Below, one piece after another: positions 18,804 through 28,672 of a stretch of 64,000 bases of DNA. Location: assembly GCA_964634365.1 (NCBI GenBank), contig CAZWJU010000001.1:86585-150584 (forward strand), read 5' to 3'. Position 1 is the stretch's first letter, and every line of letters begins with the position of its first letter. This DNA comes from an uncultured Candidatus Saccharibacteria bacterium (GTDB lineage: Bacteria > Patescibacteriota > Minisyncoccia > Phycocordibacterales > UBA9973). Below the pieces are notes generated by a model, which searched no databases, had not been told where the DNA came from, and was given only the letters and a program-made list of their open reading frames with translations. The position numbers and the translations under genes were made by a program.

Positions 18804-19817
18804 ATGGGATTTTTTTCTAAAAAACTCGGTATAGATTTGGGGACGGCAAACACGCTAGTGTTTTTGCCAGGCAAGGGAATTGTTCTAAACGAACCTTCTG
18901 TTGTCGCTGTGTCTGAAGTAGACAACAAGATTTTGGCTGTGGGCAATGATGCAAAAGATATGATCGGCCGAACTCCAGATAGTATTATCGCTTATCGTCC
19001 TATGAAAGACGGTGTTATAGCAGACTATAGAGTAACAGAAGCGATGCTCAGGTATTTTATAAGCAAGGCTATGGGTAAATGGAATTTTATAAAACCTGAA
19101 GTGATGATATCTGTTCCCGCTGGAGTAACCTCAACAGAACGTCGCGCTGTGGTAGAAGCTGCTATAAAAGCTGGTGCTAAAAGTGCGTATGTTGTTAAAG
19201 AGCCGATACTTGCTGCAATAGGTGCTGGTATCCCGATTCATGAATCGAGAGGGTATATGATTGTCGATATCGGTGGAGGGACTACAGACGTTGCTGTGAT
19301 ATCACTCGGAGGTATCGTGTCATGTACTTCAGTTAAGTGTGCTGGAAATAAAATCGATCAAGCGATCGCTGACTATATAAAGAAAAAGTTTTCACTTGCA
19401 ATTGGAGACAAGACTGCAGAAGAGGTAAAGATAAACATAGGAGCAGCAGTAATGCTCGAAGAAGAATTTACAATGACTATAAAAGGCCGAGACTTTATCC
19501 AAGGTCTTCCTCGTACTGCTCAGGTTTCAACAAACGAAATTGTAAAAGCTATAGACGCAGAGCTCAAACAAATGGTCCGTGCAATCAAAGATGTACTACA
19601 AGATACTCCACCTGAGCTTGCAGCAGATATCATAGACCAGGGGATAATCATGACCGGAGGATCTTCTATGCTGCGATCTTTGCCTGATCTCGTATATAGA
19701 AAAACTGGCGTGAAAGCTCGCCTTGCGGACGATGCGCTGTATTGTGTGGTAAAGGGAACAGGTGTCGCACTAAACCACCTCGACACATACAAAAAAACAA
19801 TCATTTCAAAAAGATAA
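18804..19817 (+). CDS. mreB: rod-shape determining protein MreB
   Basis: GIDLGTANTLVF, DIGGGTTDVAV, and a 337-aa actin fold typical of MreB. Confidence 0.9.
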   Translation: MGFFSKKLGIDLGTANTLVFLPGKGIVLNEPSVVAVSEVDNKILAVGNDAKDMIGRTPDSIIAYRPMKDGVIADYRVTEAMLRYFISKAMGKWNFIKPEVMISVPAGVTSTERRAVVEAAIKAGAKSAYVVKEPILAAIGAGIPIHESRGYMIVDIGGGTTDVAVISLGGIVSCTSVKCAGNKIDQAIADYIKKKFSLAIGDKTAEEVKINIGAAVMLEEEFTMTIKGRDFIQGLPRTAQVSTNEIVKAIDAELKQMVRAIKDVLQDTPPELAADIIDQGIIMTGGSSMLRSLPDLVYRKTGVKARLADDALYCVVKGTGVALNHLDTYKKTIISKR

Positions 19818-19818
19818 A

Positions 19819-20517
19819 ATGCTAAAAGTATTTTTAGAAAATATTACTCTAGAAAAATTAGACGCTACTCTAATATTAGAAGGAGATAAAGATAAAGTTT
19901 TTGAGCTTGTAAAAGATTTTTTAGACAGATCTGGAATAAAACATGTGGGCAATCCAGATGTGTGTATAGAAGAATTCTCGACTTTTACTGTCGGTAACGC
20001 AGAGGATTTGATTCGGCGTTCAAATTTGATGTCTCACTCAAACAATAAAACTTTTGATATTTTCTACTGTTCCTCTATGACACCTGAGGCGATGAATAAA
20101 ATCTTGAAGCTTTTTGAAGACCCGAAAAAAGACAAACATTTTATACTCGTAGTTCCTAGGAAAACAGATATACTACCGACTCTTTTATCTAGAGCAACAG
20201 TGCTCTCACTAGAAGGCAACAGGATTGATGAAAATGCAGAAAAGTTTATGTCTATGGATATCGCAAACAGATTTGAATTTGTAGTAGAGCTTTTAGATAA
20301 GTTTGAAGACGAAGAGGATACTGGAGCGAAAAGAGATAGTATGGTCAGGATGCTAGATTCAATAGAAATTATTTTAAACAAATCTGGTGGAGTAGCAGAA
20401 AATTTGAATTCTCTAAAGTTGATATCCAAATATAAAAATTATTTGGGTCTCAGAGGATCTTCTCCTAAAATGTTGCTCGAACATCTAGCGCTAATTTTAC
20501 CTAAAATCAAATCTTAA
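19819..20517 (+). CDS. DNA polymerase III delta'-like clamp-loader subunit (minimal, no Walker A)
   Basis: Sensor-2-like LPTLLSRATVLSL resembles the clamp-loader TIxSRC motif. Start overlaps the mreB stop. Weak assignment. Confidence 0.4.
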   Translation: MLKVFLENITLEKLDATLILEGDKDKVFELVKDFLDRSGIKHVGNPDVCIEEFSTFTVGNAEDLIRRSNLMSHSNNKTFDIFYCSSMTPEAMNKILKLFEDPKKDKHFILVVPRKTDILPTLLSRATVLSLEGNRIDENAEKFMSMDIANRFEFVVELLDKFEDEEDTGAKRDSMVRMLDSIEIILNKSGGVAENLNSLKLISKYKNYLGLRGSSPKMLLEHLALILPKIKS

Positions 20518-20547
20518 AATTTATCATAAATATGCTACAATAATCTT

Positions 20548-21084
20548 ATGTATTCAATAGACACATTCGTACAAAATGCAAAAAAGGCCGGAGAATGGCT
20601 TTCAAAAGAGTATTCACAAATTCACACAGGCCGAGCTAGTCCGACTGTTTTAGACGGAGTTAGCGCGGAGGCTTATGGAGTTTTACAGCCTTTGAAAAAT
20701 ATTTCATCTATAACTATAGAAGACCCTAAAACTTTGCGTGTTGTACCTTGGGATAAAACTTTGGTTAAGTCGATAGAAAAAGCTTTACAATCTGCAGACA
20801 TAGGACTCTCTGTTGCGACTGACGACTCAGGTATCAGAGTAATATTTCCTGCGCTTACAACCGAGAACAGAACAAAGCTAGTTAAAATTTTAAAAGAAAA
20901 GTTAGAAGATGCTCGCATAACAATCCGCAAAGAGCGTGAAGATGCGATCAGCCAGATGGAATCCGATAGTCTTCCAGAAGATCAAGAGTTTCGTATGAAA
21001 GAAGATTTGCAGAAAAAAGTTGGTGAAGCAAATGCAAACCTAGAAGCTATATTTGAAAAGAAAGAAGCTGAAGTAATGAATTAA
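20548..21084 (+). CDS. frr: ribosome recycling factor
   Basis: 178 aa. Conserved RRF blocks (ITIEDPKTLRVVPWDK, IRVIFPALTTENR, ITIRKEREDA). Confidence 0.9.
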   Translation: MYSIDTFVQNAKKAGEWLSKEYSQIHTGRASPTVLDGVSAEAYGVLQPLKNISSITIEDPKTLRVVPWDKTLVKSIEKALQSADIGLSVATDDSGIRVIFPALTTENRTKLVKILKEKLEDARITIRKEREDAISQMESDSLPEDQEFRMKEDLQKKVGEANANLEAIFEKKEAEVMN

Positions 21085-21093
21085 TCCGATTTT

Positions 21094-22191
21094 ATGTCCA
21101 TAATTATTTTTATCGTTGTTTTATTGGTATTGGTTTTGGTCCACGAGCTTGGGCATTTTCTTGTTGCGAAAAAATTTGGAATTCGTGTAGATGAGTTTGG
21201 TTTCGGTTTTCCTCCTCGCGCAAAAACTCTTTTTAAAAAAGGTGAGACTATATACAGTTTGAACTGGATTCCTTTTGGTGGTTTTGTGAAAATTTTTGGA
21301 CAAGACAGAGACGACGAAGCAGTAAATGGTCCAGATAAAGATAGAGCTATGATAAACAAACCTAGATATGCGCAGGCGCTTGTACTTGTGGCAGGTGTTG
21401 TGTTCAATCTTGTTTTAGCTTGGCTTCTGTTTACGGTTGGTTTTGCCAGTGGTATGCCTACGTCTTCTAGTTCACTGCCTGAAAATACAATTCTTGAAAA
21501 TCCTGCGCTAATGGTAACTGATGTCTTGAGTGATTCTCCTGCGCATAGTGCAGGGTTGATGCCGGGAGACAAGATTGTCTCGCTTTCTGCAGGAGATGAA
21601 ATATTGGATGGGCTCATAACACCAGCAGAGCTACAGGCTTTTGTACAAATTCATGAAGACGATTCTATATCACTAACTTATGACAATGGTAAAGAAATAA
21701 AAGTCACAGATATAATCCCAGAGACAAACGATTCTGGTAAAAAAGTTATTGGTATCTCTATGGATACAGTCGGGGTAGTAAAACTTCCTTTTTTCAGAGC
21801 CATCGCCGAAGGTGCTAGATACACAGCCATAACAACATGGGGTACAGTTTTGGGATTCTATAACTTAATACATGATGCAATCGTCGGTTCTGGAGATATT
21901 AGTTCTGTGACTGGTCCAGTAGGAATAGTGAAGATAGTCGGCTCAGCTTACGACATAGGTTTTATATATCTACTGTCTTTCACTGCAATAATTTCAGTTA
22001 ACTTGGCAGTGATAAATATGATTCCATTTCCAGCGCTCGATGGAGGTAGATTGCTATTTTTACTTATTGAAAAAATAAAAGGTTCTAGTATAAATCAAAA
22101 ATTTGCAAATACAGCAAACTTTGTAGGGTTTTGTATATTGATCGGTCTAATGCTCATCGTGACATATCACGACATAGTGAAATTGTTTTAG
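21094..22191 (+). CDS. rseP: site-2 protease RseP (zinc metalloprotease with PDZ domain)
   Basis: HELGHFLVAKKFGIRV (HExxH), second LDGG motif near the C-terminus, multiple TM segments. Confidence 0.85.
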   Translation: MSIIIFIVVLLVLVLVHELGHFLVAKKFGIRVDEFGFGFPPRAKTLFKKGETIYSLNWIPFGGFVKIFGQDRDDEAVNGPDKDRAMINKPRYAQALVLVAGVVFNLVLAWLLFTVGFASGMPTSSSSLPENTILENPALMVTDVLSDSPAHSAGLMPGDKIVSLSAGDEILDGLITPAELQAFVQIHEDDSISLTYDNGKEIKVTDIIPETNDSGKKVIGISMDTVGVVKLPFFRAIAEGARYTAITTWGTVLGFYNLIHDAIVGSGDISSVTGPVGIVKIVGSAYDIGFIYLLSFTAIISVNLAVINMIPFPALDGGRLLFLLIEKIKGSSINQKFANTANFVGFCILIGLMLIVTYHDIVKLF

Positions 22192-22278
22192 CTTTTTACT
22201 CTTGCTAAACATCAAAAATATTGTTAAAGTAAAAATGCCTTAAATCTCGGGCATTTTATTTTTATACTTATACGATTC

Positions 22279-24057
22279 ATGTCTATTAGAAATATTGCAA
22301 TCATTGCACACGTTGACCACGGAAAAACTACATTAGTAGATGCACTTATGCGCCAAGCAGGAATGTTTGAAGCTGGTTCATCTATGGACTCAAACGCTCT
22401 AGAACAAGAGCGTGGTATTACTATATATTCTAAAAATACTTCTCTTATCTACAAGGGTACAAAAATCAATATAGTAGACACTCCTGGTCACGCTGACTTC
22501 GGCTCTGAGGTTGAGCGTGTTTTGCGTGCAGTAGACTCAGTTGTCCTGCTTGTCGATGCCCAAGAGGGACCAATGCCACAGACTCGTTTCGTTTTGAAAA
22601 AATCTTTGGAGTTAGGTTTGAAACCTATTGTTGTTATAAATAAAATCGACAAACCAGCTGCTGACGTAGCGCGTGTTCACGATCAGGTACTAGAGCTTTT
22701 CATAGAGCTCGGTGCTACAGATTCACAAATAGATTTTCCTACACTTTATGCTATTGGTCGCGACGGTGTTGCTAAAAGAGAGCTCACTGACGAATCAAAA
22801 GATCTATCTCCACTACTCGATGTAATCTTGGAAAAAGTTCCAGAAGCTAGCACAAGAGCAGACGAGCCTTTTCGTGCTCAAGTTTTCAATCTCGCATACG
22901 ACAACTTTTTGGGACGTTTGGCTTTGGTTCGAATATATTCTGGAAGTGTAAAAACTGGAAAATCTATTTTTGTTAGATTGCCTGATGGGGAAGTTCGTAC
23001 AGCAAAGATCACAAAGCTAAATACATTCGAAGGATTGAATCGAAAAGAAGTCCCAGAGATTATCGCTGGAGATATCGCTATGATTGCCGGGATTAGTGAT
23101 GTGTATATTGGTGAGACAATCAGTGAAGAGGCAAATGCAGAAGCTCTGCCAGCTATCGGTATCGATGAACCTACAATCTCTCTAGACTTTTTTGTGAACG
23201 ATTCTCCTTTTGCTGGACGTGAAGGTAAGTTTGTTACTAGTCGTCAGATTCGCGAGCGTTTGGAAAAAGAACTCGAAATAAACGTTGGTCTAAGAATAGA
23301 TTTCAACAATATGGACAAACTAACTGTGTTTGGTCGCGGAGAGTTGCATATCGCAGTCTTGCTCGAGACGATGCGTCGCGAAGGTTTTGAACTTTCTGTA
23401 TCTCAACCACAAGTAATTGTGAAGCATGAAAATGGCGTAGATCTAGAACCATTCGAGGAAGTTATTGTCGATGTACCTGTTGAAAGTGCGAGTGCAGTTA
23501 TCGAGAAGCTTACAAAACGTCGTGCTTCTATGACAGAGATGCGTGAACGCGAGGGTATAAATCGTCTTGTTTTCGAAATGCCAACACGTGGGCTTTTGGG
23601 ATATCGTGGTCAGTTTGTGATTGATACAAAAGGTGAGGGGATCATATCTTCACGTGTGTTAGGTTTTCGTCCATATGCAGGTGAAATCAAACTTCGTGAA
23701 GTGGGTTCTATGACTTCTATGATTTCTGGTAAGGCTGCTGGGTATGCACTCTGGAATCTTCAAGATAGAGGTGTTTTGTATATTGGTCATGGAACAGAGG
23801 TATACGAAGGTATGGTTATAGGTAACACTTCAAAGGGAGATGAGATGGCTGTAAACCCAGTAAAAGGAAAGAATCTTACAAACGTGCGCTCTTCTGGAAA
23901 CGACGAAGCTATTGTGCTAAAACCACCGTTTACACTATCTATTGAAAGGGGTCTTGAGACTATGAGTGACGATGAATATCTAGAGATAACACCAAAATCA
24001 GTACGCCTTCGCAAGAAGTATTTAACAGAGCAAGATAGAATAAAAGCCAATAGATAA
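22279..24057 (+). CDS. typA: translational GTPase TypA/BipA
   Basis: G1 [11 protein letters not shown]3 [12 protein letters not shown]; 592 aa with EF-G-like domains. Confidence 0.9.
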   Translation: MSIRNIAIIAHVDHGKTTLVDALMRQAGMFEAGSSMDSNALEQERGITIYSKNTSLIYKGTKINIVDTPGHADFGSEVERVLRAVDSVVLLVDAQEGPMPQTRFVLKKSLELGLKPIVVINKIDKPAADVARVHDQVLELFIELGATDSQIDFPTLYAIGRDGVAKRELTDESKDLSPLLDVILEKVPEASTRADEPFRAQVFNLAYDNFLGRLALVRIYSGSVKTGKSIFVRLPDGEVRTAKITKLNTFEGLNRKEVPEIIAGDIAMIAGISDVYIGETISEEANAEALPAIGIDEPTISLDFFVNDSPFAGREGKFVTSRQIRERLEKELEINVGLRIDFNNMDKLTVFGRGELHIAVLLETMRREGFELSVSQPQVIVKHENGVDLEPFEEVIVDVPVESASAVIEKLTKRRASMTEMREREGINRLVFEMPTRGLLGYRGQFVIDTKGEGIISSRVLGFRPYAGEIKLREVGSMTSMISGKAAGYALWNLQDRGVLYIGHGTEVYEGMVIGNTSKGDEMAVNPVKGKNLTNVRSSGNDEAIVLKPPFTLSIERGLETMSDDEYLEITPKSVRLRKKYLTEQDRIKANR

Positions 24058-24084
24058 ACCAGATTGTCTAGTTTTCCACAGTCC

Positions 24085-24113
24085 TTGACTAATTTATTGA
24101 CTTCTGTTATATT
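24085..24113 (+). promoter_or_regulatory. sigma70-type promoter candidate TTGACT-N17-TATATT
   Basis: Consensus-like -35 and -10 with a 17-nt spacer, ~55 nt upstream of the 24169 start. Confidence 0.45.
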
Positions 24114-24168
24114 CTAAAGTATAGTTTAGATACAATTTTAATTAATTTTTAACATTTTATAAAAAAGT

Positions 24169-25197
24169 ATGGCAACCACGACTTTCAAACCAAAACAGGT
24201 CACAAAAAAAATCCTATCACCACTACAGGATCGAGCTTATGATGTAATCATAAGTAGATTTGGTCTTGATGATAGTGCAGAAAGAAAGACTCTAGAGGCT
24301 ATAGGCGAGACTTATGGTATTACACGTGAGCGTGTACGCCAGATAGAAAACGCAGCTCTACAATCAGTCCGCAAATCTGATTCATACAAGGAACATGCTC
24401 CTGTTTTCAACGAACTTCGTTCAATAATCGAAGAGCTCGGTGGTGTTGTATCTGAAGACGATCTACTCTCAAATCTAGCTAAAGACAAATCAACTCAAAA
24501 TCATTTTCATCTATACTTAGTATTGGGTGATGAATTTACAAAACACAAAGAAGACGATCATTTCAAATCACGCTGGTCAGTAGATTCTGAAACAACAGAG
24601 AAAGTTCACGAATCTCTAAAGAAGCTTTACACTTCACTAAAAGACGAAGAACTTATCCCAGAAAGTGATCTAATAGAAAAATTTTTGGATCATGTAAAAG
24701 ATGTTTCAGCTGAATACCGCAACGAAGAAATTGCACGTCGCTGGCTATCTATCTCAAAGACAATAAATAAAAATCCTCTTGGAGAATGGGGTAAGGCAGA
24801 TTCATCAAACGTAAAAACTCGTGGTATCAAGGACTATGCTTTTCTTATGATGAGAAAAAATGGCGAACCTATGCACTTCCGTGATGTTGCTGATGCAATA
24901 TGCAAGACTTTTGGAAAGAAGACTCACGTTGCTACATGTCACAATGAACTTATCAAAGACTCTCGTTTCGTACTTGTTGGTCGCGGTAAGTATGCTCTAA
25001 AAGAGTGGGGCTACAAGCCAGGTGTTGTGAAAGATGTTATAAAGGAAATTCTTAAAAAAGAAGGACCTCTATCAAAAGATGATGTTGTAGAGAAAGTTAT
25101 GAAAGAAAGATTCCTAAAGAAAAACACAATTCTAGTAAACCTACAAAATCCAAAGTATTTCAAGAAAAACAAACAAGGTCTATATACTCCAGCATAG
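24169..25197 (+). CDS. protein with N-terminal sigma-70 region-4-like HTH fused to an uncharacterised ~270-aa domain
   Basis: LEAIGETYGITRERVRQIENAALQSVRK is a textbook sigma region 4.2 HTH. No sigma region 2 is detectable. Confidence 0.5.
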   Translation: MATTTFKPKQVTKKILSPLQDRAYDVIISRFGLDDSAERKTLEAIGETYGITRERVRQIENAALQSVRKSDSYKEHAPVFNELRSIIEELGGVVSEDDLLSNLAKDKSTQNHFHLYLVLGDEFTKHKEDDHFKSRWSVDSETTEKVHESLKKLYTSLKDEELIPESDLIEKFLDHVKDVSAEYRNEEIARRWLSISKTINKNPLGEWGKADSSNVKTRGIKDYAFLMMRKNGEPMHFRDVADAICKTFGKKTHVATCHNELIKDSRFVLVGRGKYALKEWGYKPGVVKDVIKEILKKEGPLSKDDVVEKVMKERFLKKNTILVNLQNPKYFKKNKQGLYTPA

Positions 25198-25216
25198 TAT
25201 TGCGACTGAATAAAAG

Positions 25217-25244
25217 AAAAATCCCCTCCGGGGATTTTTCTTTT
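25217..25244. terminator. intrinsic terminator (AAAAATCCCCTCCGGGGATTTTT)
   Basis: Perfect hairpin plus T-tract after the 24169-25197 gene. Confidence 0.65.
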
Positions 25245-25276
25245 GAATAGGTTTTACTTTTGATATACTAATACCA

Positions 25277-25759
25277 ATGAATCAAAAAGGTTTTGCAAAC
25301 TTACTTCTAATAATATTTGGTTTTATCCTAGTAGCTTTTATTGTTGGGTATTTTGCGTCTAGGCAAAGCTATTCTCCGGTTATGTTTCCAAATATTACTG
25401 GCGAAAGTAATTCTCCTTTTACAATGTACAGCCAAAACAAATGCGGACTCTCTATAACCGATCCTTCTGCAAATGAATCCGTCGGTAGAACTATAAATAT
25501 AAGCGGTTATGTAAATGGTTGCGGATGGAAGCTAGACGGTTCTAGTGCGGGTACTGTTCAGGCGCTAAATTCCGGAGGTCAGGTTATAAGCGGTACTTAT
25601 AATCTATACGTGGCAAAGCACTCACCGTTCAGTGCTTCATATTTCAATGCTACTTTATATATAAATGGTCAGACTTCTGATACAGGCTCACTACTTTTTA
25701 GAAGCACAGGGAATCCAGAAGATTCTAAGCTTATAGTCTTGCCTATAGATTTCAAATAA
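25277..25759 (+). CDS. hypothetical secreted/membrane-anchored protein (160 aa)
   Basis: N-terminal hydrophobic helix LLLIIFGFILVAFIVGYF, then a Ser/Gly/Asn-rich extracellular part. Confidence 0.45.
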   Translation: MNQKGFANLLLIIFGFILVAFIVGYFASRQSYSPVMFPNITGESNSPFTMYSQNKCGLSITDPSANESVGRTINISGYVNGCGWKLDGSSAGTVQALNSGGQVISGTYNLYVAKHSPFSASYFNATLYINGQTSDTGSLLFRSTGNPEDSKLIVLPIDFK

Positions 25760-25786
25760 ATTCACTAATCGTGTAAGATATATTAT

Positions 25787-27049
25787 ATGCAACCTGATTT
25801 TTTCATCGGAACACTAATCCAACTACTACTTTTTATTTCATCGCTCGCTCCTATATGGGTGCCGATTATGCTTATAATCGTGGCTTGGCATATGTGGGTG
25901 AAATATTTGCGAGTTAGTTACTTGGCCAGCCTAGAGTGGTCAATGCTTGAAATTCGTATTCCTCGTGACGTTTTTAAATCTCCTGAAGCGATGGAAATAG
26001 CTTTAGTAAATGCTTTTCATCAAGGTGGAGGGATGGGTAACTGGTATCAAAAGTATTGGCAGGGTCGTGTACACATGTGGTTTTCTCTTGAGATAGTTTC
26101 GCTCGAAGGCAAAGTGTATTTTTTCATAAGAACTCCAAAAACTTTTCGTTCACTAGTTGAGTCTCAAATATATGCACAGTACCCTCAGGCTGAAATAAGT
26201 GAGGTGAGTGATTATACAGGTAGAGTTCCTCATTCAAAGATTGGGGAGTGGAGTATGTTTGGTAGTGAATTTAAATTAACAAAGCCAGACCCATACCCGA
26301 TCAAAACTTACGTAGACTATGGACTAGATAAAGCATCTAGCTCTCTTGATCCAGAGCAACAGATAGACCCTATAACTCAGATGTTAGAATTCATGGGTTC
26401 TATAGGCAAGGGTGAACAGATTTGGTTTCAGATATTGATAAAAGTACACACAAGTAGATATCACAAACCAGGAACATGGTTTGAAACTCGTGATTGGAAA
26501 GATTTAGCCAAAGAGGAAATTCAGAAAGTTATAAAAGGTGGGCTGATGGTTACAGACGATGCAGCTGCTCGTACAACATTGAATCTCACAAAAGGCCAGC
26601 AAGAAGTTATAGCTGCTATAGAGCGCAATGTTAACAAGCAAGGTTTCGATTGTGGTATGAGAGTTATTTATTTAGCTGAAAAAGATAGATTCAATCCTAT
26701 CAATATTACTGGTGTGCTTAGTATGGTAAAGCAATACAACTCTCCATCTCTAAATGGTTTTGCTCCAGCAAATGCGACAGGCTTTGATTATCCTTGGCAG
26801 GATCCAAAAGGTCGCCGCACACAAGCTTTGAAGCTTGAAATGTACAACGCATACCGTGAAAGATCTTTTTTCTATCCACCACATCATTCGAAAAAAGTCG
26901 CAAATAAGAAAGTTCACAGAAAACCTTTCGTGCTTTCTAGTGAAGAGCTCGCTACGGTATTTCATTTTCCTGGTCGCGTGGCTGAAACACCATCGTTTAA
27001 ACGTATCGATTCCAAGAAAGTTGAACCGCCTGTCAATCTGCCTATGTAG
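25787..27049 (+). CDS. hypothetical membrane protein (420 aa)
   Basis: N-terminal TM segments then a large soluble domain. No family recognised. Confidence 0.45.
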   Translation: MQPDFFIGTLIQLLLFISSLAPIWVPIMLIIVAWHMWVKYLRVSYLASLEWSMLEIRIPRDVFKSPEAMEIALVNAFHQGGGMGNWYQKYWQGRVHMWFSLEIVSLEGKVYFFIRTPKTFRSLVESQIYAQYPQAEISEVSDYTGRVPHSKIGEWSMFGSEFKLTKPDPYPIKTYVDYGLDKASSSLDPEQQIDPITQMLEFMGSIGKGEQIWFQILIKVHTSRYHKPGTWFETRDWKDLAKEEIQKVIKGGLMVTDDAAARTTLNLTKGQQEVIAAIERNVNKQGFDCGMRVIYLAEKDRFNPINITGVLSMVKQYNSPSLNGFAPANATGFDYPWQDPKGRRTQALKLEMYNAYRERSFFYPPHHSKKVANKKVHRKPFVLSSEELATVFHFPGRVAETPSFKRIDSKKVEPPVNLPM

Positions 27050-27052
27050 TTT

Positions 27053-28063
27053 ATGGATACACAAGAACCTATAAATATTCAAAATACAGTACAAACAGAT
27101 ACAAGCAAATGGTCTGGTCAGAGAATACGAAATCTAGTCGTATCTTTTGTCGTACTAGTTTTATTTTTACTGACAGTTAGGGCAATATTTATACCACCAA
27201 GTGGTTTTGTTAGTGGTGTATCTGTAGAAGTTCAGTACGGAGATAGTCTTATGACCATATCCAACAAGCTCTATGAAGCCAAAGTAATAAAATCCGTACC
27301 CGTATTTCAGTTTTTTGTTGTTTTGTATGGAAACGACAAAAATATATTGGCTGGAAATTATTATTTTGATAAACCTATTTCTACAATCCATGTCGCGTTG
27401 CGTATGGCCAAAGGTGACTACAACAAAGAAGAGGTTAGAGTTACTTTTCCAGAAGGTATGACCGTGTATGAGATGAGTGCTTTATTGGAAGAAAAAGTTT
27501 CAAATTTCGATAGAGAAAAATTCTTGGATTTGGCAGAAGACAAAGAGGGTTATCTGTTTCCTGACACATATTTTATATCTCCGAGTGCAAGCGAAGAAGA
27601 TATAGTAGATCAATTAAGTAAAAACTTTGATAAAAAAATAGCCGAAATCGAAGATAAGTTTCTCTCCTCAGGTCGCTCTATGGAGGACATAATAACAATG
27701 GCTTCTATAATAGAAAAAGAAGCGAGTGGAGACGACGATAGGTCAGTTATATCAGGTATACTCTGGAAGAGGATTCGTATAGGCATGGCTCTGCAAGTCG
27801 ATGCGACACTAACATATATAACCGGCAGGGATTCTAGTGAGCTAACACTAGACGATTTAGATAGCGACTCTCCTTTCAACACTTATGAAAACAAGGGACT
27901 GCCTCCAGCTCCAATTTCAAATCCAGGTATACTATCTATAGTGGCAGCACTAGAGCCAACAGAAAGCCCATATCTTTACTATCTACATGATAGCTCTGGG
28001 CAGATTCACTACGCGAGAAATTTTGAAGAGCACAAGAAAAACAAAGCTCTATATTTACAATAA
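27053..28063 (+). CDS. mltG: endolytic murein transglycosylase MltG (YceG family)
   Basis: N-terminal TM anchor. YceG motifs GYLFPDTYF and SPFNTYENKGLPPAPISNPG. Confidence 0.8.
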   Translation: MDTQEPINIQNTVQTDTSKWSGQRIRNLVVSFVVLVLFLLTVRAIFIPPSGFVSGVSVEVQYGDSLMTISNKLYEAKVIKSVPVFQFFVVLYGNDKNILAGNYYFDKPISTIHVALRMAKGDYNKEEVRVTFPEGMTVYEMSALLEEKVSNFDREKFLDLAEDKEGYLFPDTYFISPSASEEDIVDQLSKNFDKKIAEIEDKFLSSGRSMEDIITMASIIEKEASGDDDRSVISGILWKRIRIGMALQVDATLTYITGRDSSELTLDDLDSDSPFNTYENKGLPPAPISNPGILSIVAALEPTESPYLYYLHDSSGQIHYARNFEEHKKNKALYLQ

Positions 28064-28084
28064 TAATTTTAATTTTTAAAAAAG

Positions 28085-28636
28085 ATGCATAAACAGAATC
28101 TGGCTTTTATTGATACTGAGACTACAGGACTTGATCCAGAAAATCATGAGATTATTCAGATTGGTTGTGTTTTGGTTTCTCAAAATGTAGATGCAGACGG
28201 CAATCAGGTATATGAAATACTCGAAGAGTTTGAGCTTAAAGTAAAGCCCGAGAAAATTGAAAACGCAGACAAGGTTGCTCTCCGTATAAACGGATACAAT
28301 GAAGCCGATTGGGTTTTTGCTTATACTCTAAAAGAGGCAATGCAGATATTCTCAGACAAAACAAAAGATGCGATTATGGTAGCGCACAATATGCCTTTTG
28401 ATTTTGCCTTCTTACTCAAAGCATTTTCTACAACAAAAGTAGAAAATAAATTGCACTATCATAAACTAGACACTATATCGATTGCTTATGCGAAAGCTAA
28501 AAAACGCGATGATATAAGTCGTTTCTCTCTACGCTTCTTGTGTGAAGTATTCAAAATAGAAAACAAAAATGCACATACTGCACTTTCAGACTGTAGAGCG
28601 ACTTTTGAACTTTATAAAAAGCTTATGAAGTTATAA
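28085..28636 (+). CDS. DEDDh 3'-5' exonuclease (DnaQ/epsilon-like)
   Basis: Exo I motif AFIDTETTGLD, Exo II MVAHNMPFDFAFL, Exo III HTALSDCRAT. Confidence 0.75.
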   Translation: MHKQNLAFIDTETTGLDPENHEIIQIGCVLVSQNVDADGNQVYEILEEFELKVKPEKIENADKVALRINGYNEADWVFAYTLKEAMQIFSDKTKDAIMVAHNMPFDFAFLLKAFSTTKVENKLHYHKLDTISIAYAKAKKRDDISRFSLRFLCEVFKIENKNAHTALSDCRATFELYKKLMKL

Positions 28637-28645
28637 TTTTCTTTT

Positions 28646-28664
28646 TTTGCAAAATTACAAAATA
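28646..28664 (+). promoter_or_regulatory. fourth copy of the TTTTGCAAAATTACAAAAT motif, 9 nt upstream of the mnmA GTG start
   Basis: Identical 19-mer to the motif clustered around the ArsR gene at 57.6-58.3 kb. Confidence 0.4.
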
Positions 28665-28672
28665 AAGGTAGA

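Noticed and set aside
18422-18946. 174-aa minus-strand ORF overlapping the Mur ligase 3' end and mreB 5' end
   Set aside because: Antisense to two well-supported genes and spans their intergenic terminator-free junction. No motif.
21081-21617. 178-aa minus-strand ORF antisense to rseP
   Set aside because: Overlaps the HExxH region of a confident RseP call. Ser/Pro-rich composition.
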